A stretch of 64,000 nucleotides of DNA from a virus (lineage: Duplodnaviria; Caudoviricetes). Shown piece by piece: positions 26,028-34,071 of the stretch; position 1 is the stretch's first letter; each line of letters starts with the position of its first letter. The stretch spans positions 1 through 64,000 of IMG/VR virus record IMGVR_UViG_3300030330_006022, one strand, 5' to 3'. A program made the translations under genes and the position numbers. The notes beneath the pieces were generated by a model. The model was not told the DNA's origin, searched no databases, and saw only the letters and a program-made list of their open reading frames with translations.

Positions 26028-26624
26028 ATGACTAAAAAAACATTCACCATTCAAATCACCCCTATCAGAGCACCATTTATGAGGTGCCGACAGGATGCCG
26101 TTCCTACCGTATGTAAAAAGTATGTCAACGGAAAGGTCGAATATCACGAGTTTCGTTGGAATAACCCGAAGGCTGGGCGTAATATTATGTGGAAGGATAA
26201 TCCCGACACCATCGAAGAAAGAGAGCAATACAAGCAACAGTTTGCTGATAGAGTACAACGTGCGTTCGATAAAGCAAACATCCGTTTCTTTAAGCACTAC
26301 AACGGAATAAAGTTTGAGGACGAAATCGTACGTGTCTATGCTCCTTATCCCGACATTGCTCCAAATGCGACTATCACAGTATACTCTCAACGTGTCCACG
26401 AATACAACGCACATCGCGACTTTTTACGTGACATAGTCTCTAAGATGAACATTCAGTTCAATACTTTAATGTGTGTCCTCCAACAGGGCAAATACGACCT
26501 AGCCAAAGGTTCCCTTTACAAGCTCAATAAATATATGTTTGATTTACAATCAATGTGTCGTCCCGACCACCACGAGGTTGTTTTCAAGGGCAAAGTTAAT
26601 CCCCTCACAGCCAACCTTAAATAG
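26028..26624 (+). CDS. hypothetical protein
   Basis: AGGAGG RBS. Confidence 0.65.
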   Translation: MTKKTFTIQITPIRAPFMRCRQDAVPTVCKKYVNGKVEYHEFRWNNPKAGRNIMWKDNPDTIEEREQYKQQFADRVQRAFDKANIRFFKHYNGIKFEDEIVRVYAPYPDIAPNATITVYSQRVHEYNAHRDFLRDIVSKMNIQFNTLMCVLQQGKYDLAKGSLYKLNKYMFDLQSMCRPDHHEVVFKGKVNPLTANLK

Positions 26625-26625
26625 A

Positions 26626-26679
26626 CGGTCAAAATCTGTCCGTTTTGGACTTCTCAAATCATCATTTTTGTGTTATATT
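26626..26679 (+). promoter_or_regulatory. palindrome + promoter (9-nt-gap class)
   Basis: CGGTCAAAATCTGTCC-N9-TTCTCA-N17-TATATT, TG extended -10. Confidence 0.75.
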
Positions 26680-26711
26680 ATATAAGTATTCAATCAAAAG
26701 GAGTTATGAAT

Positions 26712-27074
26712 ATGTCAAAAAAATCATCTGAAAAATCCCGTTTACGACGTGCTATTTCACAACAACTATATCGCTCTCACGAACGACTTCTTGAGGAAGC
26801 TCTTGAGCAAAAGCCCGAAGTCACAGACTTATTGAAGTTACGTGCTATGTACCCCGACTATGACGTGGATAAGTTACTACGTTTACAACGTCTTAATATG
26901 AAAATCAATCAAGCGAACGACTTCCTCATAGAGGAGCAATCAGCTTGGCTTGACCCATCATCCCGTCCATCAGGAGGTATTCCTTACAATGAAGAACTCT
27001 TTGGCAAACCATTCGCTTCTGACGATGATAATGCTGAGGACATCAATGCTGAGGTCTACGACGAAGAAAACTAG
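26712..27074 (+). CDS. hypothetical protein
   Basis: AAGGAG RBS; basic N-terminus, acidic C-terminus. Confidence 0.6.
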   Translation: MSKKSSEKSRLRRAISQQLYRSHERLLEEALEQKPEVTDLLKLRAMYPDYDVDKLLRLQRLNMKINQANDFLIEEQSAWLDPSSRPSGGIPYNEELFGKPFASDDDNAEDINAEVYDEEN

Positions 27075-27075
27075 T

Positions 27076-27128
27076 CGGTCATTTTCTGTCCATTTTGGAT
27101 TAGCAATCTTTTTAATCTATGTTATAAT
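27076..27128 (+). promoter_or_regulatory. palindrome + promoter (9-nt-gap class)
   Basis: CGGTCATTTTCTGTCC-N9-TAGCAA-N16-TATAAT, TG extended -10. Confidence 0.75.
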
Positions 27129-27156
27129 ATTATTACTTAATCAATCGGAGGGCTTT

Positions 27157-27225
27157 ATGCTTTTAATCTTTTCACTCTTTGCTACTTTATTCTTCTCTCT
27201 CTTTATTCTCACAGGCATATTATAA
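27157..27225 (+). CDS. 22-aa hydrophobic peptide
   Basis: GGAGG RBS; MLLIFSLFATLFFSLFILTGIL. Confidence 0.55.
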   Translation: MLLIFSLFATLFFSLFILTGIL

Positions 27226-27274
27226 TCGCCACTAACTTTAACCCCTTTATCACTTACTTTATTCGGAGGTCTTT

Positions 27275-27457
27275 ATGACTCAAATCTCAATCTCTCAATG
27301 GTTATCTTCTCAATCTACTCCTCTACCACGTTATCAAGTCGTATCTTCTAAGAAGTTCTACGGTCACTTCGATGTTCTCGACACTCACACAGGAACACGT
27401 GAACCTTGTGGGAATCTTCGGACAGCACGGGCTACTGTTAAACGTCTCAACAAGTAG
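27275..27457 (+). CDS. hypothetical protein
   Basis: GGAGG RBS. Confidence 0.6.
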   Translation: MTQISISQWLSSQSTPLPRYQVVSSKKFYGHFDVLDTHTGTREPCGNLRTARATVKRLNK

Positions 27458-27513
27458 ACTACTTCTATCCCTCTATCACTCTATTATTTTACTACTACTC
27501 TAAGGAGCCCACT

Positions 27514-27804
27514 ATGGCTAAACTAAACACCAACAACTTTATCAAACCTCTTAAAGAGGACTTAGATGAAAATGTTGTTCAACACGCCCGCATATCAGAG
27601 AATGCAATCATCGATATTATCAACCCCGTTACGGGCACACTTGACCAAATCAAGATAACTCACAAGCCTTACGTCTCTGACGACATTGTAAAGGTGATGT
27701 ACATCATCGACACAGAGGGAAGAGACCGTTCAAGTCCTGAACCTTTTGAGGTACTAGTTACCGACCTTAATGACCTATACGATTGGATACTCATAGAGGA
27801 ATAA
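27514..27804 (+). CDS. hypothetical protein
   Basis: AAGGAG RBS. Confidence 0.6.
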   Translation: MAKLNTNNFIKPLKEDLDENVVQHARISENAIIDIINPVTGTLDQIKITHKPYVSDDIVKVMYIIDTEGRDRSSPEPFEVLVTDLNDLYDWILIEE

Positions 27805-27831
27805 ATACAACCGTTTATCTTTAACCCTTTC

Positions 27832-27858
27832 AACCGATGTTTGTTCATCGGTTTTTTT
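27832..27858 (+). terminator. intrinsic terminator closing the early island
   Basis: AACCGATG-tttgtt-CATCGGTT followed by a T-tract. Confidence 0.8.
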
Positions 27859-28007
27859 ATTATGTCATAGTCGTTGTTGTTGACCCCCTCCCCCTACCTA
27901 TACCGACCAAATAAGTCCGCGATAGACGGCGTTTTCGCGCAGCTCGCGCCAGGTACATTATATACCCACAGCAAATTTCCGAGATTTCAAATATCACCCC
28001 ATGTTCT

Positions 28008-28241
28008 TCACAAGTGATCTTCTCCTTTCCAGTTTTTACCATTTATTGTTCTTAATCGGTCTTCATAAGCTAATTCCACATAATCTACGGCAGCATCTAT
28101 AGAGGTGAATTGTGTATAGATGTTTTCTTGTGATCCCAGACAGATAATAACATGCCCATGATAGTTAATGATGCTCGTTATTCGTTTTGGGTTTATAGCA
28201 ACGGTTTCACCGGTTTGGTTTATTATTTTGATGAATTTCAT
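28008..28241 (-). CDS. FlbD/SwrD-like small protein; only convincing minus-strand gene
   Basis: AAGGAGG RBS and its own promoter; MKFIKI....ETVAINPKRITSI. Confidence 0.6.
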   Translation of the reverse strand: MKFIKIINQTGETVAINPKRITSIINYHGHVIICLGSQENIYTQFTSIDAAVDYVELAYEDRLRTINGKNWKGEDHL

Positions 28242-28267
28242 ATATCCTCCTTTGTTCATCTAATAAT

Positions 28268-28296
28268 ATTATAACACGCTTTTCGTATTCTGTCAA
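28268..28296 (-). promoter_or_regulatory. sigma70-type promoter
   Basis: TTGACA-N17-TATAAT on the minus strand. Confidence 0.8.
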
Positions 28297-28377
28297 GTCA
28301 ATTTTGAAAAAAATTGCAGAAAAAATTTTCCTAGATTTAACAATACAAAAACTAATTACAGCATCGAGGGATCTAGT

Positions 28378-29184
28378 ATGAAATTAACAAAACAAAAATT
28401 ATACCAACTTATACAAGAGCAATTAGATCAAAAAGCTCTAGAGAAAGTTCAAACGGTTATTGCAAAAGGAGACATACCTAAAAGATATGCTCTTTATGTT
28501 GTAGGAGATGATAAGGTTTACAATCTTATACTTTACCAAATTCCCCCCTTAGAAACAAAAGTTGTGGGTTTTTGTCAAATAGCTAAAACAAAAGAACCAT
28601 GTATTCCAACAACTTATGAAGTTGGCGCAATTGCTAGAGAATCAGGAAACGATTATAGAGGACTTGGAGCTGTAATGTATGATTTAGCGGCTACGTTAGT
28701 AAAAAGAAAACATGATGCTGGAATAACGTCTGATCATGAAAGCTCGACTTCTGAAGCGGCTTATAAAGTTTGGCAAAAAATGCTTAATAGTGGAAAATAC
28801 GTTAAAAGAAAGACAGCTATGGGAAAAAACGATAAGTTTGATTATGACAACTCAACGCCAAATGACCCTGCTGATGATTGTAGTATGCCAAAAGGATCAG
28901 ATGTAGCAGCCTCAGATCACAGTCTACAAATAAAAGAAGATAGTCCATACCTAGGAACGTTTCTAAGCAACCATACCAAAGCAATGGAAGTAGCAGAAGA
29001 AGCCTCTAAAGCATTAGGTAAAAAATGGATGCCAGATGTGGTTGAAGCAGCACTAGAAGAAGCTGGTCAAGATTTGTTTGCTAGAGTCTATACAGGCCCC
29101 GGTGTAAAAAAACTAACAAAAAATTATTTTAATGTATGGAACACAATTAAACGAGCTATTGGCTTAAAGGAAGAAATAATATGA
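28378..29184 (+). CDS. tagged protein with GNAT-like domain, paralog of 29789
   Basis: MKLTKQKLYQLIQEQL; PCIP.TY.V, YRGLGAVMYD, GITSDH, KFDY..TPNDP.DDC. Confidence 0.6.
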   Translation: MKLTKQKLYQLIQEQLDQKALEKVQTVIAKGDIPKRYALYVVGDDKVYNLILYQIPPLETKVVGFCQIAKTKEPCIPTTYEVGAIARESGNDYRGLGAVMYDLAATLVKRKHDAGITSDHESSTSEAAYKVWQKMLNSGKYVKRKTAMGKNDKFDYDNSTPNDPADDCSMPKGSDVAASDHSLQIKEDSPYLGTFLSNHTKAMEVAEEASKALGKKWMPDVVEAALEEAGQDLFARVYTGPGVKKLTKNYFNVWNTIKRAIGLKEEII

Positions 29185-29792
29185 TTTTAACAATACAAAA
29201 GCTAGAAAGTGTTGTTGCTGAAGTTCTTGAAGAACAACTTACAGCCAGACAAGCACAAAAACTAATGGGTTTGCTAAACCAAACTCGTGATCTTATGGTA
29301 AGACTTCAAGACATTCAAGGGTTTTATCCACTAGTTGTTCAAAATACCTTACGAAATGAAGAACCGGACATGAGATACTTAGAAAAAGCTTCTGAATTGC
29401 ATCCCGAAGCATTTAAACAAAATTACGCCGCTACTGTAAGTATAGTAGAAACTCTTTATGATATAAACGGGTATTTTACTATAGTTGAATCACTAGAACT
29501 TGAAGGTTCAGATGCTTTAATGGTAAAAAATATTCTTTATGACAAAATGACCAAAGACGGTCCTTTGCTTAGACAACAACAATTTGCTGTTCCGCTTGAA
29601 GATCTTGACTCGTATGTTTTTGGCTCCATAACTGTCATGGAACTGATAGAAGAACTTAAGCCAGGTTTTTTTGGCGGAAGTCCTAACTTTGATTCTATGC
29701 TTCGCATATCAGATTCTTTTGGAAAAAATTATAAAGATTTAAAAAAATACTTGGACAATGTATTAGGCAATGATCCTGGGATAGCTTCGTGA
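29181..29792 (+). CDS. tagged hypothetical protein
   Basis: MILTIQKLESVVAEVLEEQL. Confidence 0.6.
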   Translation: MILTIQKLESVVAEVLEEQLTARQAQKLMGLLNQTRDLMVRLQDIQGFYPLVVQNTLRNEEPDMRYLEKASELHPEAFKQNYAATVSIVETLYDINGYFTIVESLELEGSDALMVKNILYDKMTKDGPLLRQQQFAVPLEDLDSYVFGSITVMELIEELKPGFFGGSPNFDSMLRISDSFGKNYKDLKKYLDNVLGNDPGIAS

Positions 29793-30511
29793 AACTTACA
29801 ACAAAAAAATTATACCAATTAATACTAGAAGCAATGGAAAAAGACCCAGATCCTGTTTATGCTGCACTGTACGATCCTAGCAAACCTCTTGCTCTTCTGC
29901 ACATGGATGACGGAGATCTACAGACTTTTATCTTATATCACTTAACAAACAGTCAACAAAATCCTGTCTATGTTGTTTCTTACATAAATATGGAACTAAT
30001 GGAAGACCAGCCTTGCATCCCTTATACTTACCAGGTCCTTGGCGTATATACGGAAGCTGCTGCGCAGCGAAAAGGCTTTTCCAGAACCATGTATAACATG
30101 GCTTTTTATATCGCTGATAGAATGGGTTATGGCTTAACCTCAGATCATTTAGTTGGAACAACACAAGTTGCTCAAAACGCCGCATGGACAAAGTTTGAAA
30201 ACTCACCAGATTATTTTAAGCGATCTACTTCGCAGGGAAATCAAAAATTTGATTATACTGGAAAAGAAACTCCTAATGACCCAGACGATGATTGCGAAAC
30301 AACTGTAGGTGATAAAGATCCTGCAACCGACTTCTCTTTTCAAAAGAAAAACCACGGCGATATCGGTCAACTATACTTTGAACTAAAAAGTGTTCACCAA
30401 GAAATTTTAAAATCAACAGGTATGGGTGAAAATCAAATAGGATCTAAATTATATCAAATAGCCTCAAGGAGATTTGACTATTATTATAACAAAGAGATAA
30501 CAGATGTATGA
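29789..30511 (+). CDS. tagged protein with GNAT-like domain, paralog of 28378
   Basis: MKLTTKKLYQLILE; PCIP.TY.V, QRKGFSRTMY, GLTSDH, KFDY..TPNDP.DDC. Confidence 0.6.
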   Translation: MKLTTKKLYQLILEAMEKDPDPVYAALYDPSKPLALLHMDDGDLQTFILYHLTNSQQNPVYVVSYINMELMEDQPCIPYTYQVLGVYTEAAAQRKGFSRTMYNMAFYIADRMGYGLTSDHLVGTTQVAQNAAWTKFENSPDYFKRSTSQGNQKFDYTGKETPNDPDDDCETTVGDKDPATDFSFQKKNHGDIGQLYFELKSVHQEILKSTGMGENQIGSKLYQIASRRFDYYYNKEITDV

Positions 30512-30668
30512 CGTAAGATGGGAATCTATCAAGGCTTATAAGAGAATGATAGAGTATTTTAAAAGGCAAATAGCTAAATTAGAGGGAGAAATTTTTAGCG
30601 AGCGTTGCTGTCAACCTAAAGGTAGGATCTACTTACCTATAGTGAATAAGCGGAGAATCAAAAAATGA
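30504..30668 (+). CDS. possible 54-aa protein (not in ORF track)
   Basis: fills the gap; ATGA overlap with the next gene. Confidence 0.35.
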   Translation: MYDVRWESIKAYKRMIEYFKRQIAKLEGEIFSERCCQPKGRIYLPIVNKRRIKK

Positions 30669-31987
30669 AAATAAAAATATTAAAAGAAAATTTTCCAAAC
30701 GAGATGTCCTCAGGTCCTTCATTAGGCCAACCCGGTCCTTCAGGTGCTTCTATGCCTGAAATGAAAAGAAAAATGATGCTTCTTGTGGATCGTATCGGAA
30801 AAGCACTTGATGAGCTTGTGACTTATGATAAGGCATATAGTCATAGTTCTCAATCGTTTATTAACTTAAAACCTGCTCCAAAATTAAGACAAAACCAGTA
30901 TGGTGAAAGTTTTTATGTATATGATGAAAATGGTGAACAAGTTTATGAAACACTTGAAGAAACTGCTTTAGAAAGAGCACAGAGAATTATTCAAGGTCGA
31001 AGTGGAACTAACATTCCAAGATATAAAAGAATTTTTGGGAAAACAATCTCCCAAGCCACAAGAGCCTCCGAACTACTTGAAGAAGTCAACCATTTTCTTT
31101 TATTACTTGAAACTCTTGAGCCTGATAGAGAGGTTATCTTATATGCTAAAAAAATTATCTATAAAAAACGCGATATTCATTTTAAAAACGCGGGAGCTTA
31201 TTTATCAAGTTTAGATAACTATGGAGATTATTTAGCAGCAACAGGACTTGCTATTGAATCTATTTCTAAAGTTGTTCCAAAGCTGTCAAATCCAGGTGTC
31301 GGATTAGCAATCAAAGCTATAGCTGAAACTTTTACCGAAAATTATAAAAGCCTATGGACTATGATAAGTGAAGAACTGATAGACAGCGGAGATGTTATAC
31401 CTAGTAGAAGAGGTTTTTTAGAAGCTATCCAACCAGAAGTCTTAAAATACATGATGAGAGCAAAGAAACCGATTAGTCCTAATGATCTGTTAGACGATGG
31501 CTTCATGGATGAAATGATAGAAAAATATCCTCTTGCCAACACAAAAGCTAGAATCAGATCAGCAGGCACAGGAAGGATACTGTTAAGAAAAGCTTTTAAT
31601 TCTTTATTTGAGAAAGGTTACATTATAGTAGTTGATAGAGATGATCCATTTCTTGATACTGAGTTTGTCATAAATCCTGAAATGGCACAACAAGCAGGAG
31701 AGGAATATTTCCCAAAACCTGAAGGAATAATGGAGAGCAAAATAAAAATAAAAATTTTAAAAGAAGCTACGGGAGAACAAAAAAGACAACAAAAACGAGA
31801 TAACTACCTTTCTCGAGAAAAACAGCGAAGAAAAATAAAAGCAAAAATCAAGAGATCTCAAAATAAAGGAAAAACTCCATTCAACAAAGACAACCTTCCT
31901 GACTTTGATCCCATGCAGGATATGGCAAAAATATTTAAAGATAAAGGTTATGGTGTAAGAATAGATGGAGAAGAGATCGAGGATTAA
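30665..31987 (+). CDS. hypothetical protein, probable virion protein
   Basis: KIKILKE motif at the N-terminus and again internally. Confidence 0.6.
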   Translation: MKIKILKENFPNEMSSGPSLGQPGPSGASMPEMKRKMMLLVDRIGKALDELVTYDKAYSHSSQSFINLKPAPKLRQNQYGESFYVYDENGEQVYETLEETALERAQRIIQGRSGTNIPRYKRIFGKTISQATRASELLEEVNHFLLLLETLEPDREVILYAKKIIYKKRDIHFKNAGAYLSSLDNYGDYLAATGLAIESISKVVPKLSNPGVGLAIKAIAETFTENYKSLWTMISEELIDSGDVIPSRRGFLEAIQPEVLKYMMRAKKPISPNDLLDDGFMDEMIEKYPLANTKARIRSAGTGRILLRKAFNSLFEKGYIIVVDRDDPFLDTEFVINPEMAQQAGEEYFPKPEGIMESKIKIKILKEATGEQKRQQKRDNYLSREKQRRKIKAKIKRSQNKGKTPFNKDNLPDFDPMQDMAKIFKDKGYGVRIDGEEIED

Positions 31988-32040
31988 TTTTACAGCCTTC
32001 TAGTTAGTATTGTAGTATGTTGACATAGGAAGGTGATTTT

Positions 32041-32598
32041 ATGCTGCTTAATTTGCTTTTATGGGCTTGCGATAACCCAATACCAAGTGACTCTTCAGGT
32101 CCAAAAGAAGAAGTTGTTGAATCTCCCATATATTGGGATGAGTGTTCTTTCAATGGTGGAGACCACATATGTGATGTTTCTTTATCAACCGCTGATGGTG
32201 GCTTTGACAATATATATTCTCATTATGGTGAAGTAATCGTTGTCGATGTCTCTGCTATGTGGTGCGGACCTTGTCAAGAAGCTGCTTGGAACTCTAACTC
32301 AATAAATGTTACTGCTGATGGTGTTACTTGGATTACTATTTTAATAGAAAATCTTGACGGAGAAGTTCCAACTCAAGAAGACGGACAGTTTTGGGGAGAC
32401 TACTTTGGAATATGGCACAATGAAATTTGGCTTGGTTCTTCAGATAACAGAGATTACGAAGGTGTTACTGGTTTTGCTAATACAGGTTGGCCCTACTTTG
32501 TTATTCTTGACAAAGATCTTCGCATACGTATTGTCCAGCAGGGCTGGAATAAAGAACAAATTTTACAACATATTGCCGATTTAAAATCTGAGTTATAG
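32041..32598 (+). CDS. thioredoxin-like (TlpA/redoxin) lipoprotein
   Basis: MLLNLLLWAC; WCGPC; GWPYFVILD. Confidence 0.82.
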   Translation: MLLNLLLWACDNPIPSDSSGPKEEVVESPIYWDECSFNGGDHICDVSLSTADGGFDNIYSHYGEVIVVDVSAMWCGPCQEAAWNSNSINVTADGVTWITILIENLDGEVPTQEDGQFWGDYFGIWHNEIWLGSSDNRDYEGVTGFANTGWPYFVILDKDLRIRIVQQGWNKEQILQHIADLKSEL

Positions 32599-32623
32599 TT
32601 ACTAATAGACGGAGGGTCTATGT

Positions 32624-33604
32624 ATGCTTTTATTTTTAATTTCTTGTTTATCTGATCATTATTTGACACACAAAATTGTAGAGGAACGAATCTTATACGA
32701 TACAGCTTACGTCGAAGTTATTGTGGAGGTCGAAAAAGAAGTTGAGGTCGAAGTTGAGGTCGAAGTAGAGGTTGAGGTAGAAGTCGAAGTACCTGAGAAT
32801 TATCCTCTCTGGTCTCAAACATATATCCAACCTTCTCTTGGTAATGGAGTTGATATACTTTGGGTTGTTGATCCATCTGGATCTATGATGAATAATTGGC
32901 CTCAAGTTGTTCTTGGTGTTGAACAAATGATGTTAGCTTTACCAACAAATGTTAATTGGCGTTTGGAAATTATTCCAACAGATCATATAAGAGCAAAAAA
33001 TTTGCAATCTTTTCCCATACTTCCGGGAGACTCATTACAAACAGCTCAAGCTCATTTACAAAACAACATCCAGGGTCATTGGGAAAAAGGTATGGATGCT
33101 GTAAAAGATTACATGACACAAAATTTAGATGCCCTACAGTGGATGAGACCTAATGTTGCCCTTTTGATTATTTTTGTATCTGATGAGAATGATTCATCAA
33201 GTCAAACTTCTTCTCAATTTATTCAATGGGTACAGTACCAAAGAACAGAAGTTTATGTTACCTCAATTGTTAATGTAGACCCTGCTAACTCTTTATGCCC
33301 TACAGAATATTCTAACTGGGATATTGGGACTGATTATATGGATATTGCAAATTATTTTAGTGGTATTACGATTGACATTTGTGAGACTGATTGGACTTCT
33401 GGTGTAACACAAGCTGCTCAACAAGTTCATCTTATAGATGAAATACAACTAGACTATACTCCTGTTGATGTAGATCACATTGAAGTTTTGGTAGATAATG
33501 TCGTGTGGACTGACTGGACTTGGGATGAACCAAATAATAAAATAATTTTTTCTGTTATGCCACCAGAAGGATCAATCATAACTGTTTCTTATAACTATTT
33601 ATAA
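32624..33604 (+). CDS. vWA-like domain lipoprotein with EV repeat
   Basis: MLLFLISC; (EV)n tract; VDILWVVDPSGSM, IIFVSDEND. Confidence 0.75.
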   Translation: MLLFLISCLSDHYLTHKIVEERILYDTAYVEVIVEVEKEVEVEVEVEVEVEVEVEVPENYPLWSQTYIQPSLGNGVDILWVVDPSGSMMNNWPQVVLGVEQMMLALPTNVNWRLEIIPTDHIRAKNLQSFPILPGDSLQTAQAHLQNNIQGHWEKGMDAVKDYMTQNLDALQWMRPNVALLIIFVSDENDSSSQTSSQFIQWVQYQRTEVYVTSIVNVDPANSLCPTEYSNWDIGTDYMDIANYFSGITIDICETDWTSGVTQAAQQVHLIDEIQLDYTPVDVDHIEVLVDNVVWTDWTWDEPNNKIIFSVMPPEGSIITVSYNYL

Positions 33605-33609
33605 ACGTT

Positions 33610-34071
33610 ATGAAAATTAGAATAAAAAGAAAAATTGAAGAAAGGTGTCAAAAAGGCTATAAAACTCATCACAAGAGAAAAACAAAAAAGATGTTTGGAA
33701 AAACATATCGCAATTGTGTGAAAGCCGAAGAAGGCAAAGATCCTGCAAAAGGCACTGGTAAAAAACCAAAAGGTTCTGGTAGAAGATTATATACTGATGA
33801 AGATCCAAGCGATACAGTATCAGTAAAATTTTCGACAGTTCAAGATATAAAAGACACTTTATCCAAACCTTCTTTTAAATCAAAGAGTCATAAAAGACAA
33901 TCGCAAATAATTAATCTTATACATCAAAGATCTAGAGCAGCTTATAAAAACGCAAAAGATCCAAAAGCAAAAGCTAGGCTCAAAAAAGCATTTGAGTATG
34001 CCGAAAAGCGTAAAGAAGCTTCAAAGAAAAAAACACAACGAATGAGGAAACAAAAAAATGAATCAACATGA
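33610..34071 (+). CDS. basic hypothetical protein
   Basis: CQKGY..NCVK module and DPAKGTGKKPKGSGRRLYTDE module. Confidence 0.65.
   Translation: MKIRIKRKIEERCQKGYKTHHKRKTKKMFGKTYRNCVKAEEGKDPAKGTGKKPKGSGRRLYTDEDPSDTVSVKFSTVQDIKDTLSKPSFKSKSHKRQSQIINLIHQRSRAAYKNAKDPKAKARLKKAFEYAEKRKEASKKKTQRMRKQKNEST

Larger units (their letters stand above)
9488..27091. repeat. dispersed family of 22 palindromes (C)GGWCA-N5-TGWCC(G)
   Basis: copies start at 9488, 9672, 9913, 10171, 12247, 13383, 14417, 15082, 17443, 18096, 19772, 20062, 22174, 22663, 23179, 24293, 24460, 24793, 25708, 25944, 26626, 27076. Confidence 0.95.

Noticed and set aside
9488-27091. Integron attC sites or transposon ends for the palindromes
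   Set aside because: No GTTRRRY/RYYYAAC boxes or long imperfect hairpins, and no integrase or transposase in the window; fixed spacing to -35 boxes fits an operator better.
9324-27804. Diversity-generating retroelement
   Set aside because: No reverse transcriptase in the window and no template/variable repeat pair differing only at adenines.
32710-32790. GARGTN hexamer tandem repeat as a phase-variation or regulatory element
   Set aside because: In-frame, synonymously varied codons for an (EV)n linker in the lipoprotein.
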